Assembly: GCA_023458535.1 (NCBI GenBank) | Contig: JAEWYW010000062.1 | Coordinates: 16,733 to 80,732, forward strand | Reading direction: 5' to 3' | Length of the DNA stretch: 64,000 bases | Source: Bacteroidota bacterium | GTDB lineage: Bacteria > Bacteroidota > Bacteroidia > Flavobacteriales > Weeksellaceae | In this document: piece by piece, positions 50,907 through 61,038 of the stretch | Position numbering within the stretch: the stretch's first letter is position 1 | How the letters are laid out: the number at the start of each line of letters is the position of its first letter | The notes under the pieces: generated by a model | Databases searched by the model: none | Seen by the model: only the letters and a program-made list of their open reading frames with translations | Told to the model about the DNA's origin: nothing | Position numbers and translations under genes: made by a program

Positions 50907-51200
50907 TTATTTTAACTTATCTGGATTTTGACGATTGTCCCAGAAAGCGGCGATGTAAATAATGTTTGAATTTTTTTTATAAATAATGCTGTAATTGCCA
51001 AAAAATACATTTCTAAAATCTGTATTTTTTATCATTTTTCCTATTTTGGACTGAGATTTTATGAGTTGGATTTGGTTTTTAATTTGAGAATTTATCTTTT
51101 TTGAATAAGCAGTGCTATCATTCCTTCGGTTAAAATACTCAAATATCAGATTACGTTGTTTAAGGGCAACTTCAGTCCACATAATTTTCAACTCATCCAT
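50907..51200 (-). CDS. RelE/ParE-family toxin (type II TA)
   Basis: I.WT..A......FEY...RN.S..YS.K...Y.I.Y.....I.I.AFWDNRQNP. Confidence 0.85.
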   Translation of the reverse strand: MDELKIMWTEVALKQRNLIFEYFNRRNDSTAYSKKINSQIKNQIQLIKSQSKIGKMIKNTDFRNVFFGNYSIIYKKNSNIIYIAAFWDNRQNPDKLK

Positions 51201-51427
51201 TCCTCATCTGATTTGTCGAGCTCTTCTTCGGAAATTAATCTTCCATATTTAATATCTTCCTCCGCTATTTTGATTATTTCAATTTGCGAATCAGACAATT
51301 CAACGATTTCTTCATCAACAATTTTTGATGAAGTAAAGATTTTATCTATTCCTTCTAAAAAACTAACGTTTGTGGTTCTTAATATCTTTTCGATAAGCCT
51401 ATTTCTCAAGACCTGTAAACTTTCCAT
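51188..51427 (-). CDS. Cognate antitoxin (acidic C-terminus)
   Basis: Overlaps the toxin start; LS..Q...I..AEEDI..GR.IS.EE. Confidence 0.8.
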   Translation of the reverse strand: MESLQVLRNRLIEKILRTTNVSFLEGIDKIFTSSKIVDEEIVELSDSQIEIIKIAEEDIKYGRLISEEELDKSDEEWMS

Positions 51428-51453
51428 TTCATCGAAATTTTACGTAAATATAA

Positions 51454-52209
51454 TTAAAAACGATTCAATATCAATAAAAATACAAAGGGTAATGCAGAAC
51501 AGGTTTCCACACCAAAAGAAAAATAAGAATCTCTCCGTGAATTCTCAGAAAAATAAATAAAAATAAATGTGCAAACGGAGGATATAAAAAAAGCTGTTGA
51601 ATAAGTTGATTGTAAATACTTAATAGCAAGAATTGTACTTGCAAATACCAGTACATACGCAAAATATTTTGTGTTTTGAACTCCGATTATTTGTGGAAAA
51701 GTTTTTACAGTATCTCTATTCATATCGCGAATATCAAAAGGCAAAACCAATGCGGTAATTAAGAGGAAACTAATAAAAAAAATAGGAAAATTAAAACTAG
51801 AAACAGTCAGCCACGCATTTACCAGTCCCCAAACCAAGCCAACATAAAAAACTTTCAGTAAAGGAATTTTGCGAATATAAGTTTCCAAAAAAAAACTATT
51901 GTAAAGTAAGCCCAAAACTACAATAACTAACCATTTGACTAATCGAATTTCATTGTGATTGAGAATAATTAAACATGCACAAATTAGACCCGCAACTACA
52001 TTAATCAGTAAAATTTTTTTAAAGAAATGAGTGTGCTGGTATTTGGTATACAAATAACCGCTGAAGTAGGTAATGAAGATTAAAATAACACTGGGAAAAC
52101 GGAACGTGTTTTGTTCTAATAAAAAAAACACTGCGAAAAGAGTACCCATTAAAGAAACGTATAACTGACTGTCGATAACGTACTTTTTTAGTAATTTTAA
52201 AGTGTTCAT
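51454..52209 (-). CDS. UbiA-like membrane protein
   Basis: RKIPLLK.FYV.LVW, LPFDIRD...D...TFP...G. Confidence 0.75.
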   Translation of the reverse strand: MNTLKLLKKYVIDSQLYVSLMGTLFAVFFLLEQNTFRFPSVILIFITYFSGYLYTKYQHTHFFKKILLINVVAGLICACLIILNHNEIRLVKWLVIVVLGLLYNSFFLETYIRKIPLLKVFYVGLVWGLVNAWLTVSSFNFPIFFISFLLITALVLPFDIRDMNRDTVKTFPQIIGVQNTKYFAYVLVFASTILAIKYLQSTYSTAFFISSVCTFIFIYFSENSRRDSYFSFGVETCSALPFVFLLILNRF

Positions 52210-52231
52210 TATTCAAAATTAAGGTTTATTT

Positions 52232-55200
52232 ATGAAACAGATTTTAAAATTTGTATTCGTTTTTGTATTTTTTGTAGCGGTACAGAGGCTTTCTGCTCAA
52301 AATTATTACGAACAACAATGGAAAAAAATTGAAACCAACTCCAAATCGGGAACTGTAAAATCTAATCTTCCGATTATTCAAGAAATAGAAAAGCAAGCCA
52401 TGAAGGACAATAACGCCGTAGAGCTTATTAAAGCATTAAAATCTGAGTTTGCCATACTCAACACCACTCAAAATGATGAAAAAAATAATACGGTTTCTCA
52501 GTTTTTTGCCAAGTTACAAAATGCAGAAAGAGAACTAAAAGGGGAGGAGCAGTTATTTTTCAAAACCATGTTAAGTTCCTTCTTTATGGATTATTTCAAC
52601 AGAAATGCGTGGCGAATTAACCAAAGAACCAATATCGACAATGCTGATTTTTCTCAAATAGAAACTTGGTCTAAACTTGATTTTAAAAATCAGGTTTCTA
52701 AAATATATGGCGAGCTGGATCACAGAAAAAACGAAATCGCAAAATTAAGTATTCAAAAATACAAGGCCGTCTTCAGTAATACACAGGATGCAGAATATTT
52801 TCCGTCGGTTTTGGATTGGTATGAAGTGGAAAAAATTCAATTTTTAGAAAATCAGAGTATTTTTACAAAGAATGAACTTCAAGAAAATTATAAAAAGATC
52901 AACGCAATTTATGATGATGTAATTGCTAGAAATTCGGGTAATTCGAAGCTTTATTTTTCGCATCAAAAGCTTGTTAAAAACTGCAATTATCAACAATGTA
53001 AAGATAAACTACAACAATTACAAAATTTATACAATTCATCTATTCAAGGCGATTACAAAGTTTTAATTGCGGACGACATTATGGATGAATTAATTGCGGA
53101 TAAAAAAAGTGTTCAGGCTCTTGAATGGTCAAAAAAGGCTAAATCCGATTATCCTTCTTCACCGTTTATAAAGAATATTCAGAACAAAGAGAATCAAATC
53201 ACCAACCCGAGTTTGAGCATAAGCTATGAATCTGAAACGCAAAGCAATTTGCCAATACATATTGTAGCCAGCCATAAAAATATATCCCAATTTTCACTTG
53301 CTATCTATGAAGTAAAGACAGACTTGCAAAACTTTGTGGAATATGCTCAGAATTCAAGTAGAAATTATTTCAACAAAATAAAGAAAGAATTAGTTCGTAA
53401 AGAAGAATTTAACGTACCAAACAAGCAAGATTACCTGTCTTATAAGACCTCTTTTGAAATTAAACCATTAAAAAGTGGCATTTATTTAGTAGAATATAAT
53501 GTGAAAGATGATTCTCAGGTTAATGATGAAGACAAAACTTTTTATTTCATCGCGACGAACAATAGAATTATTTATAAAAATAAAACTGAAAGTCAGTCTG
53601 ATAAAAACATCCTTCAGCTTGTCAATAATGAAAATGGGAAACCTGTTGCTAACGAAAATATCATTTTTAATGAATATGTTTCGGGAAAACCTTTGGTGAA
53701 AACCTCTGGTAAGACTTCTGGCGATGGTACATTTATAACTCCAAAATCCAGCAACAATGCATATTATCAGGTTTATTTGGTTGAACAACCTAAAACTAAT
53801 GATTTTGCGCTAATTTCTGCCTACGGAAACCGTGGTTATGAAAGCTACAACCCCAATAAAGAAAAACAAACTTTAGCACAAATTTTTATTGATAGAGGTA
53901 TTTACAGACCTGGACAAACCGTTTATTTTAAGGTAATTAACACCAAATTAAATGCCGACAAGGAAAGCGTTATTGCAGGTTTAAAGCAAAAGATAACATT
54001 ATTTGATACCAATGGGCAGGAAGTTTCGTCGCAAAATTTTACAACCAACGATTTTGGTTCTTACCATGGTAGTTTTAGATTGCCTAAAGGCGTATTGAAT
54101 GGAGATTTCCGATTGAGTATTGATGATGATAAGGCAGCTAAGTATTTCAATGTTGAAGAATACAAGCGTCCAAAATTTGAAGTGACTTTTGAACCCGTAA
54201 AAGACGAATACAAATACGGACATACCATCCAGTTAAAAGGAAAAGCTGTTACTTTTTCAGGAATTCCTTTGAGCAATTCGACGGTACATTACGAAATTAA
54301 AAAAGAGAATATTCGTTGGAGATATTTCTCTTGGTATCCGCGAGGAAATAGCAATGAAAATTCAATTTTGGGAGAAGCAAAAACCAATGAAAAAGGAGAA
54401 TTTACCATTCAATTGGATCTGAAAAAAGATGAAAAAATAGAAGGTGTTCAGATTGATAATTACGCCATCAATGCATCGGTTACGGATATTAACGGCGAAA
54501 CACAAACCGCAAATACCAATTTAAAAGTTGCATCGGTTTCTCATTACATCAAAGCGGAAGAAATTAAGAACAAGTTCACTGATGAAAATGTTTCATTAAA
54601 AGTAGAAACTAAAAATTACAATGATCAGGATGTTAAAAAATCTTATCAGGTAAAATTATCGAAGTTGGAAAGTCCGAATCGTATTTTCAGAAGTAATTTT
54701 ATTACCCAAATTCAGGATTTACCACAATTATCGAAAGAGGATTTTGTGAGAAAATTTCCACACGACTTGTTTGATAAAAACGACTTACAAAAAAATTGGA
54801 AATCCAGTGTAGTTATAGATAAAAACCAACAACCAATAACTCATTTAGATTTAGGAAAATTGGAAGCAGGAGATTACGAACTTGAATTGTATAATATTGA
54901 AGGTAAAGACAGTATAAAAAGTGTTCAATACTTCAGTATTTGGGACAAAAACCGTCTGAAAGAAAATCAAAAGCCATTTCTTGAAGTTGTAGCGCCAAAA
55001 ACTGAAGTGGAAAGAGGTTCTAAAGCTAAGATGTATGTGTATTCTGCCATTCCAGATGCGCTCCTGAATATTTTCTATCAAAATGGTGACGGAAAAACCA
55101 TTTCGGAAACAAGATCTTTGAAAAACGGAGTTTTAGAATATGAAACCGTGATTCCTAATGATAAAAAGATCACGCAATTAATGTTACAATTTCAGTTGAT

Positions 55201-58111
55201 CGCATTTAATGATGTTCAAACCCAAACGGTAAACTTAGAAATTAAAGATGCTGAAAAACCACTAACGATAGAAACTGTCACTTTCAGAGACAAACTTCAA
55301 CCGAACACCAAAGAAAAATGGAGCGTGAAGATTGTTGGTAATGAAAAAGAAAAAATAAATGCCGAAGTTCTCGCCAATATGTACGATATGTCTTTGGATC
55401 AGTTTGCAGGAAATAGTTTTGATTGGCAAAAAATTTATGCACCATTTTATCAGTTTTCATACTACGATGAAAGAAATGATCTAAGGCAAATTTATTATCA
55501 AAAGAGAATCAAATACTTAACTGGTAAAAATATAAATGTTTTGGATTTTAATTGGCTAAATGACACTAATATAAACATTAGAATCAGAGGTTTAAATAGA
55601 GTCACTCCACAATCTGCACCTGCTGTAGCAGTTGCGGAAGCAACGCAAGATGAGATTGCACTTAATTATAGCAAAGGTCAAACTCCCGCGTATGCCGCCG
55701 CAAAAATTGCAATCGAAGCCGATGCTTCCAACAAAACTCTAAGTGGTGATTCTGCTGGAAATACGGAAAACATCCCCGTTCGTCAAAACCTTAACGAAAC
55801 CGCATTTTTCTATCCAGATTTAAAAACCGACGCCGAAGGAAATGTGAGTTTTGAATTTACTTCACCAGAAGCTCTAACAAAATGGAAGTTATTGTTCCTT
55901 GCGCATACCAAAGATGCACGAGCAGCCACCTTACAAAAAGAGGTGGTTACTCAAAAAGACTTTTCGGTAACGCCCAATTATCCTAGATTTTTACGTGAAG
56001 GTGACGAATTGAGTCTTCAAACAAAAATCTCTAACCTTACCGATAAAAAACTTTCTGGTTCGGCTCAATTGCAGATTTTGGACGCCTTTACCAATCAAGA
56101 TATCACAGATAAGTTCGGTTTGAGCAATATTACTCAAGTTGCAGGTTATAATTGGCAACAAGCATTTACGGTGGACGCCAACGGAAGTTCCGTAACCAAC
56201 TGGATGATTAAAGCACCGAAAAATGTGTCGTCCATTATTATTAAAGTGGTGGCAAAAGCGGGTGCGTTCTCCGATGGTGAACAACAGGCAATCGCAGTTT
56301 TACCGAATAGAATGTTGGTGACAGATGCTGTCCCTGTATTTGTGAAAGAAGGTGAAACCAAAACTTTTGTGATAGAGAATCTCAAAAACAGTACTTCTAC
56401 AACTATTGATAATGTTTCGAATACGTTGGAGCTAACTACGAACCCTATTTGGGAGGTTTTATTCGCGCTTCCAAGCTTGAAAAATGATCAGAATACTTCT
56501 GCAGATGTGGTTTTCAATAAATGGTTTGCAGATGTGTTGGCATCTGAAGTTTTTAAAGCCAATCCACGAATGAAAGCCGTGTTTGAGGAATATCAAAACA
56601 AAGGTTTGTTGAACTCTAATTTGGAGAAAAATCAAGAATTGAAACAACTTTTATTAGAAGAAACACCATGGGTTTTACAAAGTAAAAATGAGGAAGAACA
56701 AATGCAGAAAATTGCACTTCTTTTTGATGCCAATACGATGAGAAATTCAATCAAAACAGATTGGGAAGCTTTTGCAAAACTTCAAAATCCAGATGGTGGA
56801 TTTTCTTGGCAGGCAGGTTATCCGAGTTCGTATTATGTTTCTTTGTACTTGCTGAAAAATTTAGGAAAATTAAATGCGTGGTTAAAAAACAATGTAAAAG
56901 ATTACCAAACTACAGATCAAAAGACAATAGTTTCTAAATTGGTTCAGTATGTTGATAAAGAAATGGAAAGATATTACACCAAACCAAAAGATGTGCTTTG
57001 GTCTAATTTCAATTTGGATTATTTGGATACCCGAAATTATTGGGAAAAAGAATATCCTCTAAAAGCGAAAGGAAATGCTTTGAAAACAGCGGTAAAGCAA
57101 GATGCTAAAAATGCGAAGTTTACCGATTTTTCATTCTTTGGTCTGCATAGAGTTGCTATTTTGTTCAGTGATTATGGTTTAAAGGAAACTTCTGATAAAT
57201 TCATGAAATATCTGAAGGAAACTTCTGTTGAAAGCAATAATCAGGGTGTCTACTGGAAGCAGAATTTGAATGATTGGGGTTGGTTTAATTCTAAAATTGT
57301 GAATCACGCAGGTGCTATGGAAGCTTGGAATAAATTAAAACCTCAGGATGAAAAATTTATTGAAGAAATGAAGATCTGGCTGATTACTCAAAAGGAAGTC
57401 AATTCTTGGGGAACTTCAAGAGGCACAGCAGAGGTTATATTTACCATTTTAAATTCTGGAAAATCATGGACAAGTCCTGAAAGCGATAAAGCAACCATTA
57501 TTTGGGGCGGAAAAGAATTAAAACCTCAAACCGAAGCAACTGGTTATGTGAAATCAACCATTATTTCTGATGTTGTTGATAAAAACTTAGGCAGTGTGAC
57601 TGTTACCAAGCCTGGAGCTGGTGTTGTGCAGGGTGGTTTATTCTGGCAGTATTATGAAGAGTTGGATAAAATAAAATCTTCCGAAACCTACCTGTCCATC
57701 ACTAAAGAACTATACAAAAAAGTGAAAACTGAAAATGGCGAGCAACTGCAGAAAATAAGTACCGAAACACCATTAAAAGTAGGCGATAAAGTGACGGTTA
57801 GAATGATCTTAAATACCGATCGTACAATGGAATTTATTCACATTAAAGATATGCGGGCTGCAGGTTTTGAACCTTTGAATGTAATTTCTGGTTACCAGTG
57901 GAAAAATAATTTAGGATATTATCAGTCCACGAAAGATGCATCAACTAATTTTTATATTCAATACATGCCGAAAGGACAATATGTTTTTGAATATGATGTA
58001 ATTGCCAATGCATCGGGTAAATTCTCCAATGGAATTACCACCCTTCAAAATTACTATGCACCACAAATGAACGCCCATACAAAAGGCAGCAATGTGGTGA
58101 TTAAAGAATAA
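52232..58111 (+). CDS. Bacterial alpha-2-macroglobulin family protein
   Basis: DRGIYRPGQTV.FK, VEEYKRPKF, R.N.NETAFF.P, PRFLREGD, QNPDGGFSW, C-terminal YAP. Confidence 0.92.
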   Translation: MKQILKFVFVFVFFVAVQRLSAQNYYEQQWKKIETNSKSGTVKSNLPIIQEIEKQAMKDNNAVELIKALKSEFAILNTTQNDEKNNTVSQFFAKLQNAERELKGEEQLFFKTMLSSFFMDYFNRNAWRINQRTNIDNADFSQIETWSKLDFKNQVSKIYGELDHRKNEIAKLSIQKYKAVFSNTQDAEYFPSVLDWYEVEKIQFLENQSIFTKNELQENYKKINAIYDDVIARNSGNSKLYFSHQKLVKNCNYQQCKDKLQQLQNLYNSSIQGDYKVLIADDIMDELIADKKSVQALEWSKKAKSDYPSSPFIKNIQNKENQITNPSLSISYESETQSNLPIHIVASHKNISQFSLAIYEVKTDLQNFVEYAQNSSRNYFNKIKKELVRKEEFNVPNKQDYLSYKTSFEIKPLKSGIYLVEYNVKDDSQVNDEDKTFYFIATNNRIIYKNKTESQSDKNILQLVNNENGKPVANENIIFNEYVSGKPLVKTSGKTSGDGTFITPKSSNNAYYQVYLVEQPKTNDFALISAYGNRGYESYNPNKEKQTLAQIFIDRGIYRPGQTVYFKVINTKLNADKESVIAGLKQKITLFDTNGQEVSSQNFTTNDFGSYHGSFRLPKGVLNGDFRLSIDDDKAAKYFNVEEYKRPKFEVTFEPVKDEYKYGHTIQLKGKAVTFSGIPLSNSTVHYEIKKENIRWRYFSWYPRGNSNENSILGEAKTNEKGEFTIQLDLKKDEKIEGVQIDNYAINASVTDINGETQTANTNLKVASVSHYIKAEEIKNKFTDENVSLKVETKNYNDQDVKKSYQVKLSKLESPNRIFRSNFITQIQDLPQLSKEDFVRKFPHDLFDKNDLQKNWKSSVVIDKNQQPITHLDLGKLEAGDYELELYNIEGKDSIKSVQYFSIWDKNRLKENQKPFLEVVAPKTEVERGSKAKMYVYSAIPDALLNIFYQNGDGKTISETRSLKNGVLEYETVIPNDKKITQLMLQFQLIAFNDVQTQTVNLEIKDAEKPLTIETVTFRDKLQPNTKEKWSVKIVGNEKEKINAEVLANMYDMSLDQFAGNSFDWQKIYAPFYQFSYYDERNDLRQIYYQKRIKYLTGKNINVLDFNWLNDTNINIRIRGLNRVTPQSAPAVAVAEATQDEIALNYSKGQTPAYAAAKIAIEADASNKTLSGDSAGNTENIPVRQNLNETAFFYPDLKTDAEGNVSFEFTSPEALTKWKLLFLAHTKDARAATLQKEVVTQKDFSVTPNYPRFLREGDELSLQTKISNLTDKKLSGSAQLQILDAFTNQDITDKFGLSNITQVAGYNWQQAFTVDANGSSVTNWMIKAPKNVSSIIIKVVAKAGAFSDGEQQAIAVLPNRMLVTDAVPVFVKEGETKTFVIENLKNSTSTTIDNVSNTLELTTNPIWEVLFALPSLKNDQNTSADVVFNKWFADVLASEVFKANPRMKAVFEEYQNKGLLNSNLEKNQELKQLLLEETPWVLQSKNEEEQMQKIALLFDANTMRNSIKTDWEAFAKLQNPDGGFSWQAGYPSSYYVSLYLLKNLGKLNAWLKNNVKDYQTTDQKTIVSKLVQYVDKEMERYYTKPKDVLWSNFNLDYLDTRNYWEKEYPLKAKGNALKTAVKQDAKNAKFTDFSFFGLHRVAILFSDYGLKETSDKFMKYLKETSVESNNQGVYWKQNLNDWGWFNSKIVNHAGAMEAWNKLKPQDEKFIEEMKIWLITQKEVNSWGTSRGTAEVIFTILNSGKSWTSPESDKATIIWGGKELKPQTEATGYVKSTIISDVVDKNLGSVTVTKPGAGVVQGGLFWQYYEELDKIKSSETYLSITKELYKKVKTENGEQLQKISTETPLKVGDKVTVRMILNTDRTMEFIHIKDMRAAGFEPLNVISGYQWKNNLGYYQSTKDASTNFYIQYMPKGQYVFEYDVIANASGKFSNGITTLQNYYAPQMNAHTKGSNVVIKE

Positions 58112-58206
58112 TTAAAAAAGAGGTTATTTTAAAAATAGCCTCTTTATTTTTTCATTACAAATGCCAACTCAATCAAAATTTCAATCCAAATCAATATCTT
58201 TGCTCT

Positions 58207-59271
58207 ATGATTTTACGAGGAGAAAATTTAATTAAAGAATACGGACCAAAGAAGGTGGTGAAAGGCGTTTCTGTGCAGGTTCAGCAAGGTGAGATCGTGG
58301 GATTGCTTGGTCCCAATGGAGCTGGGAAAACAACATCATTCTACATGATTGTGGGTTTGGTGAAGCCTACTTCTGGTAAAATTTTCCTCGACAAGCAGGA
58401 GATTACAAGCGATGCCATGTACCGCAGAGCTCAGAAAGGTATCGGGTATCTGGCGCAGGAAGCTTCTGTTTTCAGAAAACTATCTGTGGAGGATAATATT
58501 CTTGGCGTATTACAACTTACCAATCTTTCTAAAAAAGAACAGCAAAGGAAGTGTGATGAGCTTATTGAAGAGTTTTCTTTAGAACATGTTCGTAAAAATC
58601 GTGGTGATTTGCTTTCAGGAGGGGAGAGACGTAGAACGGAAATTGCAAGATGTCTCGCTACCAGTCCCAACTTTATTCTTCTTGATGAACCTTTTGCAGG
58701 TGTTGACCCTATCGCTGTGGAAGATATTCAAAAGATTGTAAGAAGTTTGGTGGATAAAAATATTGGTATTTTGATTACCGACCACAATGTTCAGCAGACT
58801 TTAGCCATCACCAACAAAACTTATATCATGTTTGAAGGGAAAATCCTCAAGGAAGGACTTCCCGAGGACTTGGCAAACGATCCTATGGTTCGTGAAGCAT
58901 ATTTAGGTGAAAACTTTGTCTATCAAAAAATTGAGGATAAACCTAAATCTAAACATTGGGTTTATAATATTTACGCTGGAGATTTTGATTCGAAAAATGA
59001 ATTCCAAGCCTATTCAGATGAGTTGTTTGCTAATAAGACCGATTTAAAGTTGCTCTATGGTTTCGAAGACATCAGTTTTGCATCGTTGGCGAATTCAGAA
59101 ATAGAATATATTTTCTCGAATCTTGTCGATAAAAATGCACATAATTCATTCGTGCTGCAAAAAGTTGAATTACGTCCTAACCGCAGTCTGGATGCGATAA
59201 AAAATGAAGCCGCACAGCTGTCAAGTCAGAGATTAAAATATCTGACATCCTTTGATACAAAAGCCATCTAA
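58207..59271 (+). CDS. lptB: LPS export ABC ATPase with C-terminal extension
   Basis: GPNGAGKTT.FY, LSGGERRR.EIAR, DEPFAGVDP, TDHNV, AYLGENF, then about 117 extra aa. Confidence 0.93.
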   Translation: MILRGENLIKEYGPKKVVKGVSVQVQQGEIVGLLGPNGAGKTTSFYMIVGLVKPTSGKIFLDKQEITSDAMYRRAQKGIGYLAQEASVFRKLSVEDNILGVLQLTNLSKKEQQRKCDELIEEFSLEHVRKNRGDLLSGGERRRTEIARCLATSPNFILLDEPFAGVDPIAVEDIQKIVRSLVDKNIGILITDHNVQQTLAITNKTYIMFEGKILKEGLPEDLANDPMVREAYLGENFVYQKIEDKPKSKHWVYNIYAGDFDSKNEFQAYSDELFANKTDLKLLYGFEDISFASLANSEIEYIFSNLVDKNAHNSFVLQKVELRPNRSLDAIKNEAAQLSSQRLKYLTSFDTKAI

Positions 59272-59272
59272 A

Positions 59273-59896
59273 ATGGAAAGTCCAGAATTAAAGCAAGAAT
59301 TTCAATCAACACCAGAACTTCTTGAAAAACTGTACAAATACAGCGTGATTAAGGAATATGAAGCTGGAGATATTATTGTGGGTGAAAATTCGCAAATAAA
59401 ATCCATACCGATTGTTACCAAAGGTGCCATGAAAGTAGTGCGCACTGAGGAAGATGGTCGCGAAATCCTTTTGTATTACATTAAAGCGGGCGAATCTTGC
59501 ATCATGTCTTTTTTGGGAGGTTTGCACAACGAGACCAGTAAGGTAAAAGCTGAAATTGAGGAGGATGCAGAAATTTTGTTTCTTCCTGTTACCAAAGTTT
59601 CAGAATTTATCAAGGAGCATCCTGAATGGCTTGATTATATTTTTAAACTCTATCACAAGAGATTTGAAGAGCTGTTGGGAATTATCAACGAAATAGCATT
59701 CAAAAAAGTGGATGAACGCTTACTCAACCTTCTAGAAAAGAAAGCAGAACTCACACAATCCAACACTTTACACGTTACGCACGAACAACTGGCCAATGAG
59801 CTCGGAACCGCTCGTGTTGTGGTGTCGCGACTGCTAAAACAGCTCGAAGAAAACGGAGAAGTTCAACTCGGCCGAAACAAAATTATATTACAATAG
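59273..59896 (+). CDS. Crp/Fnr family transcriptional regulator
   Basis: DGREILLYYI..GESC; HTH THEQLANELGTARVVVSRLLK; start reassigned to ATG 59273. Confidence 0.95.
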   Translation: MESPELKQEFQSTPELLEKLYKYSVIKEYEAGDIIVGENSQIKSIPIVTKGAMKVVRTEEDGREILLYYIKAGESCIMSFLGGLHNETSKVKAEIEEDAEILFLPVTKVSEFIKEHPEWLDYIFKLYHKRFEELLGIINEIAFKKVDERLLNLLEKKAELTQSNTLHVTHEQLANELGTARVVVSRLLKQLEENGEVQLGRNKIILQ

Positions 59897-59946
59897 TCTA
59901 GGAACCACCAAATCAGTTAATTCCGTCATTATTTTCTGTAGAAGAG

Positions 59947-59994
59947 CTATGTAACAAAAGTAGCTGTACAGGTTTTTCAGCTGCAATACCTTTG
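59947..59994 (+). promoter_or_regulatory. Operator 1 plus -7 box
   Basis: CTATGTAACAAAAGTAGCTGTACA; TACCTTTG begins 36 nt after GTAAC. Confidence 0.7.
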
Positions 59995-60011
59995 TATCAT
60001 CACTTATAGAT

Positions 60012-60803
60012 ATGGAGTTAGCAGGTTTTTTAGCATCAATTTTTATTGGCATTTCCTTAGGATTAATTGGCGGAGGCGGCAGTATTTTAACCGTACCCGT
60101 TTTGGTGTATTTGTTCCAAGTGGATGTGGTTTTGGCCACAACTTACTCTCTGTTTGTGGTCGGTGCTACGAGTTTAGTAGGTTCTGCACGTTATTTCAAA
60201 AATGATTTAATCGATATAAAAACAGTCATCAACTTCGGATTGCCATCAATTGTGGGCGTTTATCTGTCACGACAATTTATTCTTCCTGAAATTCCAGATA
60301 TTGTACTCCAAATAGGAAGTATAGAAATCACCAAAAACACTTTTTTGATGTTGGTTTTTGCGGTTTTAATGGTTGTAGCTGCTTTTAAAATGATTAAAAA
60401 AGACCATCGTTTATCGGTTATAAGTCCTCAGAAATACAATTATTCTCTTGTCATATTTCAAGGTTTTTTGGTGGGAATTATTACAGGATTCGTAGGTGCA
60501 GGAGGCGGATTTCTTATTATTCCAGCTTTGGTTGGTTTACTAAAAACACCTATGAAAAAAGCCATTGGTACATCATTGTTAATTATTGCTATTAATTCGG
60601 CTTTTGGATTTTTGACGTCCTATCAACACTTTGGAGAAATTAACTGGATATTTTTAATCAGTATTTCAGCATTAGCAATTTTCGGGATACTGATAGGATC
60701 TCATTTGTCTAAAAACATCGATGGTAAAAAACTTAAACCCGCTTTTGGATGGTTTGTAGTCGTGATGGGTGTTTTTGTAATTTTAAAGGAAATGCTTTTG
60801 TAA
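60012..60803 (+). CDS. Sulfite exporter TauE/SafE family
   Basis: GLIGGGGSILTVP, G.VGAGGGFLIIP, A.GTSL. Confidence 0.93.
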   Translation: MELAGFLASIFIGISLGLIGGGGSILTVPVLVYLFQVDVVLATTYSLFVVGATSLVGSARYFKNDLIDIKTVINFGLPSIVGVYLSRQFILPEIPDIVLQIGSIEITKNTFLMLVFAVLMVVAAFKMIKKDHRLSVISPQKYNYSLVIFQGFLVGIITGFVGAGGGFLIIPALVGLLKTPMKKAIGTSLLIIAINSAFGFLTSYQHFGEINWIFLISISALAIFGILIGSHLSKNIDGKKLKPAFGWFVVVMGVFVILKEMLL

Positions 60804-60886
60804 TGAATTATGAATTATGAATTATGAATTATGAATTATGAATTATGAATTATGAATTATGAATTATGAATTATGAATTATGAATT
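60803..60886. repeat. Heptamer tandem repeat (ATGAATT)x12
   Basis: 12 perfect copies read directly. Confidence 0.97.
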
Positions 60887-60971
60887 TTAAGAATTAAACA
60901 ACATGCCGTCACTTCGAGTAGCAAAGCGTATCGAGAAGTCTCACTTACTTAAAGCTCAAACTTAAAACGCT

Positions 60972-61019
60972 CTATGTAACAAAAGTGACTGTGCACCACC
61001 TTAATTATTCACAACTTTG
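60972..61019 (+). promoter_or_regulatory. Operator 2 plus -7 box
   Basis: CTATGTAACAAAAGTGACTGTGCA; CAACTTTG begins 36 nt after GTAAC. Confidence 0.7.
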
Positions 61020-61038
61020 TACAACTCAATTATAGAAT

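Noticed and set aside
60803..60886. Possible CRISPR array
   Set aside because: Pure 7-nt tandem repeat with no spacers and no cas genes
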